This document shows positions 62,614 through 62,634 of a stretch of DNA of 62,634 nt, one piece after another. Positions within the stretch are counted from its first letter, which is position 1. Each line of letters starts with the position of its first letter. The notes under the pieces were generated by a model. The model searched no databases, had not been told where the DNA came from, and worked only from the letters and a program-made list of their open reading frames with translations. The stretch is from NCBI GenBank assembly GCA_009602725.1, contig WELB01000006.1, forward strand, positions 1,268,907 through 1,331,540. The letters run 5' to 3'. This DNA comes from Spirogloea muscicola. Its lineage: Eukaryota. Both the position numbers and the translations under genes were made by a program.

Positions 62614-62634
62614 GCGCGGGCGCGGCGAGCACCG

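Noticed and set aside
59941..62634. Numerous overlapping ORFs in the callose synthase 5' region
   Set aside because: Explained as exon/intron read-through or antisense shadows of callose synthase.

Overview
Eukaryotic, intron-rich, GC-rich nuclear DNA with four N gaps. The gene set (plant-type callose synthase, RR-TZF CCCH protein, FBT4-like transporter, PKp4-like pyruvate kinase) points to a streptophyte, most likely a charophyte alga; this is inference only. Spliced genes reconstructed by hand: two tandem FAD-oxidoreductase/Rieske (YhfW-like) paralogs, a tandem CCCH zinc-finger gene, a plastid pyruvate kinase 4-like gene, a secreted beta-propeller protein, a folate/biopterin transporter, DNA polymerase eta, a MOSC/mARC protein and a callose synthase. 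There is also a small orphan membrane ORF. The intergenic DNA at about 4.2-4.6, 27-30, 35-38.4 and 44.8-49 kb is mostly stacked fragments of a CRE-like non-LTR retrotransposon family (RT plus restriction-like endonuclease). Its subfamilies share a C-terminal LLTRGY* peptide, a GGCTG..CAGCC 3' stem-loop and TTC-rich tails, and they pile up near gene starts. This is the best candidate for an undescribed system here. Other signals are a G-box/ABRE cluster, tandem hairpins with a compensatory change, a duplicated splice acceptor in the callose synthase gene and an intron-like insert inside the RT. No database searches were run, and exon and fragment boundaries are manual estimates.
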